Of a stretch of DNA of 64,000 nucleotides, positions 43,101 through 56,001 are shown piece by piece. A model generated the notes under the pieces. The model saw nothing but the letters and a program-made list of their open reading frames with translations. It was not told the origin of the DNA and did no database searches. Position 1 is the first letter of the stretch; each line of letters begins with the position of its first letter. Source of the stretch: Spirogloea muscicola (lineage: Eukaryota); NCBI GenBank assembly GCA_009602725.1, contig WELB01000004.1:1-64000 (forward strand). The letters run 5' to 3'. The position numbers were made by a program, and so were the translations under genes.

Positions 43101-43984
43101 TGCAACCAGGATAGAAGGAATAAACTTCTGTAATTCATTCTGGTAACATGCAGCTAGTGTCAAAGACCGACAAACTCAACTGTCTGCCACCTTCTCAGTC
43201 CAGCGTTTCTCAAGAATCTACAACAAAGATTATAAGATCAATGTGTCAAGTACAATGAGAAACTTACCAATGATGCAATCAATGAAGTCATGGGACTGGC
43301 AGAGAAAATCAAAGGCAAATCCAGACGGGACGCCTTGCTGTTCGAGTAAGCCGAGCAGCACATCGATGGCTTCACTTCTTTCAAGCCTTGTGAACCTGGT
43401 TGGACCAGCTAGAGCCAAAGCTTCTCTGTCAAGTGGAAGTTCAGACCAGGACGTGACAACATTCGCAGTAGGCAAGCTTGGCGAAGAAACTATTAGTCGC
43501 TGGAGCTTGTCGAAATCGCGCCGTGCCTTGCTTGCAGCGTCGAAGTCTGTAAGCTGCGGGATCACATGGCAACAAGTCCTGCAAGTAGGTGAGGGAGCCA
43601 AGGATCCATGCGGCCAAACAGGAGGTGACTGTGCTCCGATACTGCAGCTGTGGACAGGCTGTCATAGATTCCTAGGTCCAGCTGTTGCATGCGTACCTGC
43701 GAAGGAGGCAAAGCCCCGCGCTCTGTGATCTTCTCGTCCCGCAGGAACGCGAAAAGCGACTGACCATGGCGCTTGCTTCTGGTCAGCGCTGGCCCAGATT
43801 TTGTGAAGCATCTCCTCAAGGCTCCTACGCCAGATTCTTCCCAACTCGTGCAATAGAGCCGCCGAGAGAGGTCAACCAGGCGCGCAGTAGACCTTGGCTT
43901 CAAATCCGGCAGCGATCCGGTGCGCGAGATCGGGGACGCATAGGGTGGTTGTCGGCGCAGCACAGCCGCAACGTCGCCGCGCAT
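40128..43984 (-). CDS. mTERF family protein; multi-exon
   Basis: Repeated ~35-aa mTERF units (LEPLIEYL..RRPSLL, LRPVGEYL..QFPWIF) and the terminal FPQIFSYSLSCRIKPR..SDEEF. Confidence 0.88.
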
Positions 43985-44323
43985 GAGCTGAAACCGTAAG
44001 CGCCTTTGACCAATAGCTATAATCGTGCCCGGCGCCTCAAGTCTAGCGTGGCATTCGGCGGCGGCAGCTGCAGTGGCGGCGGCAGCCAGCGGCTACACAG
44101 CGGCGGCGGCTGCGACGGCTGACAGAACCTGCGCAAGCGAGCTGCTGTATTTGGAGAACTGTACGTGCGCCTCCGTGGCCACTTCCCACGACACCGGCTG
44201 CTGCCCAGGGAGCCGGAATGTTGTCCAGCTTTCTGACTTCGCCCAACGGCACCCGTTTCACTTACCAGTATCGAGCACACATGCGTGGTAGCCACTTGCC
44301 GTTGGACCTTCTTCATTCGTAAC

Positions 44324-44490
44324 TTCATGCGCCCCGCGCGCCTTCTCTCGTAACTGTTTAGGTCTCCGTATCATGTAGCCTTGTTTGCACTAGACAAGGC
44401 CTGAACGATGCGTTGGCTTGAACTGGCCTCCCTTTCACTTCATGCGCGCCGCGCGCCATCTCTCTTTTCTGGGCTGGCCTCTCACAGCCA
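44324..44490 (+). repeat. Tandem CRE-like 3' tails
   Basis: CTTCATGCGCCCCGCGCGCCTTCTCT, then TTAGGTCTCCGTATCATGTAGC..TTGGCTTGAACTGGCCTCCC.., then a GGGCTGG-type tail. Confidence 0.85.
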
Positions 44491-46139
44491 TTGCCGTGCA
44501 TTTGAAGAGCAGTTCTTCATAGTTGCGCAGCTGTGTGTAGCACTTCTTCCTCGGAAATAGCTGCTTCTTTACCCGGCCCTTCGGGCTGGCCTCCCACAGA
44601 TTTCCGTTCTCCCACTGGCAGCACCTCACAAGAAGTGGCCGCCAATGGGAGCCAACCGAAGACCATTCAGCTCCACAGGAAGGAGGTAGTGGCTGTGAGT
44701 GGCCCAGCCCTAAAGAAAGATATTGCGGCCAGCTTATGCATTAGCGCAGCTGAATCGAAGTGTGTAAACGTCGTGGGCTTTTCCAGTGGAGGAAGACCGA
44801 CAAAGGCCAGCCTGACTGGACGAGATTGAGAATTGAACAGAACAGCACCATCAATGCGGCTCAACAACGCAGGAGGCCCAGTAACTAGTCAGCAGCCGAG
44901 GTTGGGCAGTGGCAGCAGGGATTGCCTGTGAAGTGCAAGCCGGGACCACTCTTTTGTACTTGCCCATTCAGGCCCTACATCAATCAACACAGGCTTATGC
45001 CTACACCACCACCCCCGCCCCCAACCCCCAGGTTGTTCCCCCGGGCTTGCTGGCACGTTGACTCTAGCAATGCTCAAGTTTCCTGGTATTATAACTGGAG
45101 CTGCCGGCTGGCTCTGTCTTTCACACTCCTGTGCTCTCCCCCTTTCGCTTCCTCGCCTGGTCTGAAATGTCCAGCACTCCTTGGCCGTGCTTGCAGGACT
45201 CCGTCTCCTCGGCGCCACGAGCGGACCCACTGTGCTCCTTCATAGCTGCGCATCAATAAGATGGCGAAATCCAGGGGTCACAAGTCATGGGCAAGCATGG
45301 CTTCTACTTCCAGCACTGCTGGCGATATTGTTCATGGGCGTTGAGTGGCAGCCAGGATGAATGCTTGCGCATCCAAAGTTCTGTTGTCATCCTCCAAAAC
45401 ACCACAGCTCACATAGAACGCCATTGCAGATTCACCAGTAACAGTGTATGACCATGTGTTGGCAGTGGACTCAGGACGAGCAAGACGAGACTATCATGCA
45501 GCTGACTATGACCTAGGGGATAGCATTGACATGGTACATTAGGCTGGGGCGATTCCCCCCTATATCACGGCCACAAGCAAACGTCAACAGACTCCTGCCA
45601 TCTCCAACTCAGGCTTTTGAAAGTATTAATTTGCCAACAGCCTGATAGGACAACACCAATTCAAGTCATTCAAAATATGAGTGCCTGAGGTGCTCTCACT
45701 TCGCACATTGTGCCCCCGCCCTTAGCAGATTCGATGCCTCTTCTAGCACCAGCTTTTGGCTTGAGTTTGCTTACTGAAGACGGGCATCCTTAGACAGCGT
45801 CATGCATGCAGGTTGCAGCCTATGACACCCAACATTGTAAGCAACCTGCTATCTTGTTGTCAAGCGCTTCTTGACAAGCTCGCAACAAGACCTCGTCATC
45901 CTTTCCATAGCAAGAGCAGAGCTGCATGACAGGGAGTACAACACTAGAAATGCGGATGAGGCTACCTTACAGCAATAAATAATTACTTAGACCTGCAGCC
46001 GTTCAGATCATCGCCTGATTAGGCGGCAAGTCTGCACTTCAAAGCAACATCTGGTTGGTTGACAAATACAGCTTTGCTTCCACCACGTTAGTAAGCTTAT
46101 AACCCACACAACTACCAAGGCTAATGTCGGCTGTTGGGC

Positions 46140-47228
46140 CTATTTGTACTTGTCCATGATGCGACGAGCCTCGTCAATAGCATTGCCTGAGCCTGAGCCA
46201 CCGTCTCCACTTGGGCTATCACTGTCGTCAGTACTGTTCCCACTACCTTGTGTGAAGTAGAGGAAACCAAGGTATCCAGCACCACCAAGCAACTGATTGA
46301 GAAGCCAATCCAGGGCTCAGTGACGATGCAACAATCAGTGCAATGACATTGGCTGCCTTTGTCACAGTATGCAAATTATACCTTGCATCTAAGGCTCATG
46401 GCTGAAGCTGTCAGGCACTCTGGTTGTTGACAGTGCATTCCATACATTGATTTTGAAAGCACATGGCCACTGCTGTAAAGCTGCTCTCCCTGGCATAAGA
46501 GGGTAGTGATCCTCACAGCAATGAAGAAGAACGTCGAGAAGACAGTCCTCAGAATGGACGATATTAGGAAGAGTCCAACGACCGCAACCCCTGCTGTCGC
46601 AATGGGTCGTGGAATTGAAGCCTGCAGCAATTGTCAAGACAAGCCTTCAGCATGCCACAATGGCGTCAAATGTGGAACCCTGCGGCTAGAGGCCTCAGGT
46701 CATTATACAGAAACAACCTGCGGTTTCAAGCAGCTAGAAGGGCTATTCATGGTGCCATCTTCATGCACTGCCTGCACAGACTGCCCAGACTCTAGAGGCC
46801 TTAGAGCTGCCTTACGCACTGGAACAAGCTTGGTTGCTCCATTGAGGCCCTCCTTGCCAACTCGAACGGCCAAGTCCAGGACTGCGATGACGTCAATAGC
46901 AGCAGAGCCATTGTCAGCTGTGCTCATGTAGCAAATGAAAGATGGCGCATTCGTGAACGACGAGTGAGATGCATTTTGCTTGGGTTTGAGCCACATTGGA
47001 GCTTACCCCTCTCATTGTTGGACTTGGCGACGACATTGAGAGGCCTCCACCTCGGCGGAGCTCGGCTGCGAGAGCCGGACAGGCGGGCCGCGCTTTGCGG
47101 CACCCTGAGGCCCTGGAAGGGGCTGGCAGGCGTCCCCACGGCGGCCCGAGGTGCGCCGAGCCGGCAGGACAGGCCCGAAGCCGGCGAGGCAAGGCGGCGG
47201 GACGAGGCCGCGGGCGAGGGCGCCGCGG
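46140..47228 (-). CDS. Small two-TM, probably thylakoid protein; 5' end cut at N 47229
   Basis: Spliced KEGLNGATKLVP|ASIPRPIA..STFFFIA|LLGGAGYLG..DEARRIMDKYK*. The C-terminus resembles a conserved plant plastid protein (from memory). Confidence 0.75.
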
Positions 47229-47229
47229 N

Positions 47230-48891
47230 ATTCCCGTAATAGCTGGTTTTCCATGCATACATCAAGGCTGGAAGACGATGTGTAATATAGTAGGCAATTG
47301 TTGCACCACAAGCGCTAAATATGAGAGGTAAAAATTTAATAATAAGCGGAGTTGCAAATTCTGCTTCACACAAAATATCATTTTGAGGTGTAATCATGAG
47401 TGCATTTGCCCAAAAATTTGTACCTAAACCAACCATCATATCTTTTGCTAGGTATCCTACAAAAATGCTACCAAAAGCTAAAATGATAAGAGGAATTGCC
47501 ATCACAATAGGAGCATCATGACAAGCAGAAAGATCTCGTCGAAATGCATTGCTTGGTACAAAAAAAGTGAGAAATAGCAAACGAAATGAATAGTATGATG
47601 TAAATAAAACAGAAATACTACCCAACCAAAAAGCAAAATTACCACTTACTGTATATTTAGCATGAGCAAGCTCAATAATCATGTCTTTAGAGTAAAAGCC
47701 AGTCAAGAAAGGAAATCCTATTAATGATAAACTCCCTATTAACATCATAGCATAAGTAAAGGGTAATAAGAAAGCAAGTCCTCCCATTTTACGCATATCC
47801 TGTTCATCTGACATAGCGTGAATAACTGAACCAGCGCTTAGGAATAATAAAGCCTTAAAAAAAGCATGATTCATCAAATGGAAAATACTCACTGAATAAT
47901 TGGAAAGACCGCAAGCAAAAACCATGTATCCTAATTGGCTACAAGTTGAATAAGCAATTACTCTCTTTAAATCATTTTGCAGTATCCCAGTAGTAGCAGC
48001 AAAAAATGATGTCATAGCTCCTACAAAAGTCACTACTACTAAAGCTAATGGCGAATGTTCAAACAAAGGAGAACATCTTGCAATCAAAAATACTCCTGCT
48101 GTTACCATGGTAGCTGCATGAATTAAGGCTGAAACAGGAGTAGGTCCCTCCATTGCATCTGGCAACCAAGTATGTAATCCTATCTGAGCAGATTTTCCTA
48201 CTGCTCCTACAAATAGTAAAATACAAATGATTGTAATAGCATCCATTCTTGTATTAAAGAAAACCAAAGGATTTACAGAATGAGAAGCTACACAAGCAAA
48301 AATAACAGAAAAGTCTACACTTTGAAATACTACAAAGCAGCCCATAATTCCTAATGCCAAGCCAAAATCTCCTACTCGATTCACAAGCATTGCTTTAATG
48401 GCAGCTTTGTTAGCTTGGAGACGAGTAAACCAAAAATTAATGAGCAAATAAGAAGCAAGACCAACCCCTTCCCAGCCTAAAAACAGTTGAATTAAATTAT
48501 CTCCAGTTACCAACATTAGCATAAAAAAAGTAAAAATTGAAAGATAACACATAAATCGAGGACTGTGAGGATCATGAGACATGTAAGAAATAGAATACAC
48601 ATGAACCAAACTACTGATTAAGGTCACTACCACTAACATTACCACTGTTAGACTATCAAACAAGAAACCCCAAGAGGCATCAAACATTTCTGAAAAAATC
48701 CATGGAGCAATCTTCAGATAGCAAGGGCTTGCACCTAAAGCTACTTCGTAAAAAGCAGTTATAGAGAAAATTGCAGATAATATTACACAAGTAGTAGTTA
48801 CTACAGCTGCGCCACGGTAACCAAGAAAACGACCGAAGACACCTGCTACAAAACTGCCCAAGAGAGGCAAAGTAACAATTAGCAAATACAT
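47230..48891 (-). pseudogene. nad5: NADH dehydrogenase subunit 5 (mitochondrial origin), 3'-truncated
   Basis: [35 protein letters not shown] and [15 protein letters not shown]; no internal stops up to the N. Confidence 0.96.
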
Positions 48892-49000
48892 GTTTTGAAA
48901 AGCTCTTTTTTTTTCCTGTTATCGCCTTATCGCGCGATCGCGCTATCAACAAGATTCGCCATCAACAAGAGGCGCGAGGCGCGATAAACAAGATTCGTTG

Positions 49001-49081
49001 GCTCGCTTGGTGAAAATTGGTAAACACGACAGACTTAAAATCTGTTCCTTTTGGTTATCGGTTCAAGTCCGATAGTGAGCA
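49001..49081 (+). tRNA. trnL: tRNA-Leu(UAA), mitochondrial origin
   Basis: Acceptor GCTCGCT/AGTGAGC; anticodon arm ACAGA-CTTAAAA-TCTGT; T-loop TTCAAGT. Confidence 0.92.
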
Positions 49082-49161
49082 ACTCGCTTGGTGAAATGGG
49101 TAAACACGGCAGACTCAAAATCTGCTCCTTTTGGTTATCGGTTCAAGTCCGATAGCGAGTA
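49082..49161 (+). tRNA. trnL: tRNA-Leu(CAA), mitochondrial origin
   Basis: Acceptor ACTCGCT/AGCGAGT; anticodon arm GCAGA-CTCAAAA-TCTGC. Confidence 0.92.
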
Positions 49162-49163
49162 CG

Positions 49164-49237
49164 GGTGAGTATAACTTAGTTGGTCAAAGTGTCAGATTGT
49201 GAATTTGAAAACACGGGTTCAAACCCCGTTACTCGCC
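49164..49237 (+). tRNA. trnH: tRNA-His(GUG), mitochondrial origin
   Basis: Acceptor GTGAGTA/TACTCGC with G-1; anticodon arm TCAGA-TTGTGAA-TTTGA; T-arm ACGGG-TTCAAAC-CCCGT. Confidence 0.9.
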
Positions 49238-49338
49238 GAATCTTCCCTCGACAAAGGCAGAGGGCAAACCCTTTGACGTCCCATTCACTCAAGCCTTCTG
49301 CCCTGCCCTGCCGTGCCGTGCCGTGCCGTGCCGGTTTT

Positions 49339-49872
49339 CTACGTCTTCTTGAGTAAAGACCTCGACTGCTCACTCGACGGCTCGATGACAGCGTTTAAGG
49401 CACGAATCATTTGATAAGAAGACTGATGAAGTAAAAAAATTAGGTATGTAATAGGAGAATTGATGGGGAGGAATAAATCTCTATCAAGATCCAATTCTAT
49501 TATTCTTTCTACATCTATATGGTTGATCCATGTAGATTCTAATCTTCCATACAATAAAATCAAATTCAGATCTGTTTTTTTTATACAAAGAAATAAAGTC
49601 TTGAGTTGTTGTATTGTTTTATACAAAGAGCAAGAAGACAGATAAAAAAAACACAGAGGTCCGCCGGCAGAGGGAAGGACCTCGACTCTCTTTTTGGCAG
49701 AGGTTTTGCCCTCGACAAAGGCAGAGGAGAGACCTTGAATATTTGCAGAAGGAATAATAGAAGGCTGAAATAAAATACGAATTGAAGGATCCAAATTGTT
49801 TTTCAGTTTTCGCCATTGATGACTGCTCAAACCGCTACAATGAAAGATCAAAATTATGCTTGGGTGGGTCAT
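49339..49872 (-). pseudogene. rpl10: Mitochondrial ribosomal protein L10 (NUMT copy)
   Basis: IFHCSGLSSHQWRKLKN, AGGPLC and LILLYG..INHIDV are typical of streptophyte mitochondrial rpl10. Confidence 0.82.
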
Positions 49873-49893
49873 ATAAAGAAATTTTTGATTAAT

Positions 49894-50346
49894 ATGAACA
49901 ATGTAATATTCTGTGAATCTTTATTAGCAAGTGTTCCTAAATGGATAAAAAAATCTCAGATCTTAAAAAAAGAGATTATTTTATATACTAGTCCAGAATA
50001 TATCCTTCCTCTGTGTAAATTCTTACAATGTCATACTATGACACGTTTTCAAGTATTGATTGATGTGTGTGGAGTTGACTATCCTTCCAGAAAAGAAAGA
50101 TTTGAGGTGGTATACAATTTGTTAAGTCTTTCTTATAATTCGCGTATACGAATACAGACTAGTGTAGATGAGATTACTCCTATTTCTTCTCTTTCATCTA
50201 TTTTCCCATCTGCGGGTTGGTGGGAGCGAGAAGTATGGGATATGTTTGGTGTGTATTTTTCAAAGCATCCAGATTTACGTCGTATATTAACAGATTATGG
50301 CTTTGAGGGACATCCTTTACGAAAAGATTTTCCTTTAAGTGGTTAT
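49894..50346 (+). pseudogene. nad9: NADH dehydrogenase subunit 9, C-terminally truncated
   Basis: LIDVCGVDYPSR and WEREVWDMFGV..HPDLRRILTDYGFEGHPLRKDFPLSGY; the usual EVRYD..SPW tail is missing. Confidence 0.95.
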
Positions 50347-50548
50347 GCTTTAACTATTTGCACTACAATTCTTTTTCTGAAAGTTTGTGATCTTAGTCTC
50401 TCTTTTTATCCTTTTTATTACTTTTTATTTCATTCTCTTGTATACCTCCCTTGGGTTTTACTAAGTCTCTGCAATGTACTTTTACTTGCATTCTTTTACC
50501 ATATGAGTAACGGAATTCGTCACTTATTATGGGACTTTGGTTTCTTCT
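50347..50548 (+). pseudogene. sdh3: Internal fragment of succinate dehydrogenase subunit 3, in frame with nad9
   Basis: Two hydrophobic stretches followed by YHMSNGIRHLLWDFG, the SdhC heme-ligand motif. Confidence 0.85.
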
Positions 50549-50573
50549 CCCCATGGGTGTCGATAGCCAGAGG

Positions 50574-51215
50574 ACCACCCCCGAGGTGACCACTTCTATT
50601 TATCTATCCGTGTGCTAGGGATATTGGCCCCCTTCTCGTACTTTGTTCATTCTTTTTTGGGCTGGCATTTCCAGCCCCTCTCCTCAATGGGCGAGCCCTC
50701 TCTCTCTCTCTCTTTCTCTTCTGACATCCATGGTGGCTACGGTATGAAATGGTCCTCCCTCATCCAGTACCTGACCCGCTTTTAGAGGCACGCCGTCGCA
50801 GTCGGGGGGCAGCTTGGAGCACACTAGCATTCTGCAGGCATGGGTTGCATGTTACAGAATGCTACTCTCGCTTAGTCTGCAGCGCTCGCAAGCTCTTGCT
50901 ATCCATCAGCGTGCTGGGCGCGCTCTAAGTCAGGCAGGCCACCGGCTTCCATGGCGGCGCTCCGATCCCCAAGTTAGCTTGTCGAAATTGTATGTGCTCA
51001 CCCGTGGGTACTACTGTCACACTGTTATCGTACCTTCAGACCTTGTCCATTCCTTTGGGCTGGCCTTTCCCAGCCACCAGTCAATCTGGCTAGCCACCTT
51101 GGCATAAGGCTTCGTTCAAGTAGCCCCACTTTGTGCACTCCCTTCTGCCTGAAAGAAATCATTGGCTTGACTTGGCCACCCTTTCATCATCATGCGCAAC
51201 GCGCGCGTTCTCTCT
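50574..51215 (+). mobile_element. 5'-truncated CRE-like fragment with a nested tail insertion and stacked tails
   Basis: DHPRGDHF (50574) and DIHGGYG (50723) are split by an insert ending in (CT)n. LSLSLQRSQALAIHQRAG..VLTRGY follows; tails at 51053 and 51145-51215. Confidence 0.85.
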
Positions 51216-51654
51216 GATGCTGTTTGCCCTGTTTGCCTAGCCTGTGGCTCCGCTGATGCAGTCTCGAAGACGCTCGGTATGCACCCGGCTGGCAACAACA
51301 GTCGCTTTGTCAAACATCAGCAGCTGCTTTCGCGGACACAGCCCCCACGCCGCCCCGCGCGCCTGCGCCGGCGCTCCCTCGCGCTCGCGCGCCGCGGCGG
51401 CCCGGGCGTCTACGGCGCCCGCGGTGCTGGTTGCGGCGGCGGCGTACGGCGGCGGCGGCGGCGCCGGCGATGAGGCCGGAGGCGGCGTTGTTGCGGTGGG
51501 CCGCCGAGGGTGCCGTCTAGGGCGGGGGGAATCGCAGCTGCGGCGCTCCAGGGGTGGGGGGGGTTTGGAGTTAGTGGGGGGCCCTCCAGCGACAGAGGCA
51601 GCGAGCTCTGCTGCGAGCGGGCCGTCGGGGCCGCTGGGGCAGAGTGCCGGAGGC

Positions 51655-52269
51655 ATGGGCAACCAGGAGAAGCTGCTGGAGCAGATCTTCCAGCTGCGCT
51701 TCACGTCCAAGTCGCTGGTGCGCCAGTCCAAGAAGTGCGAGAAGGAGGAGAAGGAGGAGAAGCTCAAGGTGAAGCGCGCCATCGAGAAGGGCAACATGGA
51801 CGGCGCGCGCATCTACGCCCAGAACGCCATCCGCAAGCGCACGGAGCAGCTCAACTACCTGCGCCTGGCCTCGCGCCTCGACGCCGTCGTCGCGCGCCTC
51901 GACTCGCAGGCCAAGATGAACGTCGTCACCAAGTCCATGGGCAACATCGTCAAGGCCCTCGACTCCGCGCTCGCCTCCAACAACCTCCAGAAGATCTCCG
52001 AGACCATGGACCAGTTCGAGAAGCAGTCGGACAACATGGAGGTGCAGTCGCAGTTCGTCCAGGCCGCCATGCAGGGCAGCACGTCGCTGTCCACGCCCGA
52101 GGACGACGTCAACTCCCTCATGCAGCAGGTGGCGGACGACCACGGCCTCGAAGTCTCCGTGGGCCTCCCACAGGCTGCGCGGCACTCGATCCCGGTCAAG
52201 GAGGAGCCGGAAATGTCCGCAGAGGACGACCTGACGAGACGGCTGGCGGAGCTGAAGAACCGGGGTTGA
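51655..52269 (+). CDS. CHMP1: ESCRT-III CHMP1/VPS46 protein; coding region intronless
   Basis: [30 protein letters not shown] and the MIM motif [11 protein letters not shown]. Confidence 0.96.
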   Translation: MGNQEKLLEQIFQLRFTSKSLVRQSKKCEKEEKEEKLKVKRAIEKGNMDGARIYAQNAIRKRTEQLNYLRLASRLDAVVARLDSQAKMNVVTKSMGNIVKALDSALASNNLQKISETMDQFEKQSDNMEVQSQFVQAAMQGSTSLSTPEDDVNSLMQQVADDHGLEVSVGLPQAARHSIPVKEEPEMSAEDDLTRRLAELKNRG

Positions 52270-52893
52270 GCTGAGACACTCACTGGCGACGCCTCAGTTT
52301 GTACTAGACCAGCCACCAGCAATTGTATCTTAAGGAGCCCCGCCCAGCTTCCTCCCCTTCAGATGTACAACTGTTGTTGTGGTACTGCAACCATATCTCA
52401 AACTTATCTGCCGCACACAGCAGGCTTGTGGTTGCAGCACTGCTTTCATTACTCCTCACCACATCAACTTGCCTGTCAGTGACTCCACTATTGTGCATCT
52501 GCCATGCTTTTGATTGCTCACAATGCCAGAGCAGAGCATATATAGCTCAAGTACACACTCAATTTCCGATGTGCTTGCAGCTGCAGCATCGCCCTCTTTG
52601 TGACGCTCTACGTTGCTGCTGCCAATAGTATCCCTCAAGGATACTATTGGTCGCGTTTGCCTACTCATTGGGCAAACCACGAGAAGGGCTTGGCAGGCAA
52701 CCTTATGCAGAAACAAAACGTGTGACACTCTGCCAGTCGCTCTTAATCAAGCTGCAATGCTTCATTGAACTTAGACATACGGGAGCTGTTGTTAAAGAAT
52801 TGAGCTCTCATGACTCAGCGAAGCAAGCTTAAGTAGCAGAATAGGCGCCTACACATTGCATGCAGCTGAAGAGTAGCTGCCAGCATGGAAAAA

Positions 52894-55420
<2,527 letters not shown>

Positions 55421-56001
55421 NNNNNNNNNNNNNNNNNNNNNNNNNNNNNNNNNNNNNNNNNNNNNNNNNNNNNNNNNNNNNNNNNNNNNNNNNNNNNNNN
55501 NNNNNNNNNNNNNNNNNNNNNNNNNNNNNNNNNNNNNNNNNNNNNNNNNNNNNNNNNNNNNNNNNNNNNNNNNNNNNNNNNNNNNNNNNNNNNNNNNNNN
55601 NNNNNNNNNNNNNNNNNNNNNNNNNNNNNNNNNNNNNNNNNNNNNNNNNNNNNNNNNNNNNNNNNNNNNNNNNNNNNNNNNNNNNNNNNNNNNNNNNNNN
55701 NNNNNNNNNNNNNNNNNNNNNNNNNNNNNNNNNNNNNNNNNNNNNNNNNNNNNNNNNNNNNNNNNNNNNNNNNNNNNNNNNNNNNNNNNNNNNNNNNNNN
55801 NNNNNNNNNNNNNNNNNNNNNNNNNNNNNNNNNNNNNNNNNNNNNNNNNNNNNNNNNNNNNNNNNNNNNNNNNNNNNNNNNNNNNNNNNNNNNNNNNNNN
55901 NNNNNNNNNNNNNNNNNNNNNNNNNNNNNNNNNNNNNNNNNNNNNNNNNNNNNGGCTGCGGCGTCGCAGGGGCCGCTGCCGCGGGCCCTCCGGCCGGCGC
56001 C

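Larger units (their letters stand above)
47230..50548. other. Mitochondrial DNA insertion (NUMT), rearranged
   Basis: Abrupt switch to AT-rich, intronless mitochondrial genes and tRNAs. The left edge is an N; the right edge runs without a gap into nuclear retroelement DNA. Confidence 0.88.

Noticed and set aside
46924..48891. 655-aa ORF joining nad5 to a GC-rich nuclear tail
   Set aside because: The join is at an N (47229) of unknown true length, so it cannot be called a fusion gene.
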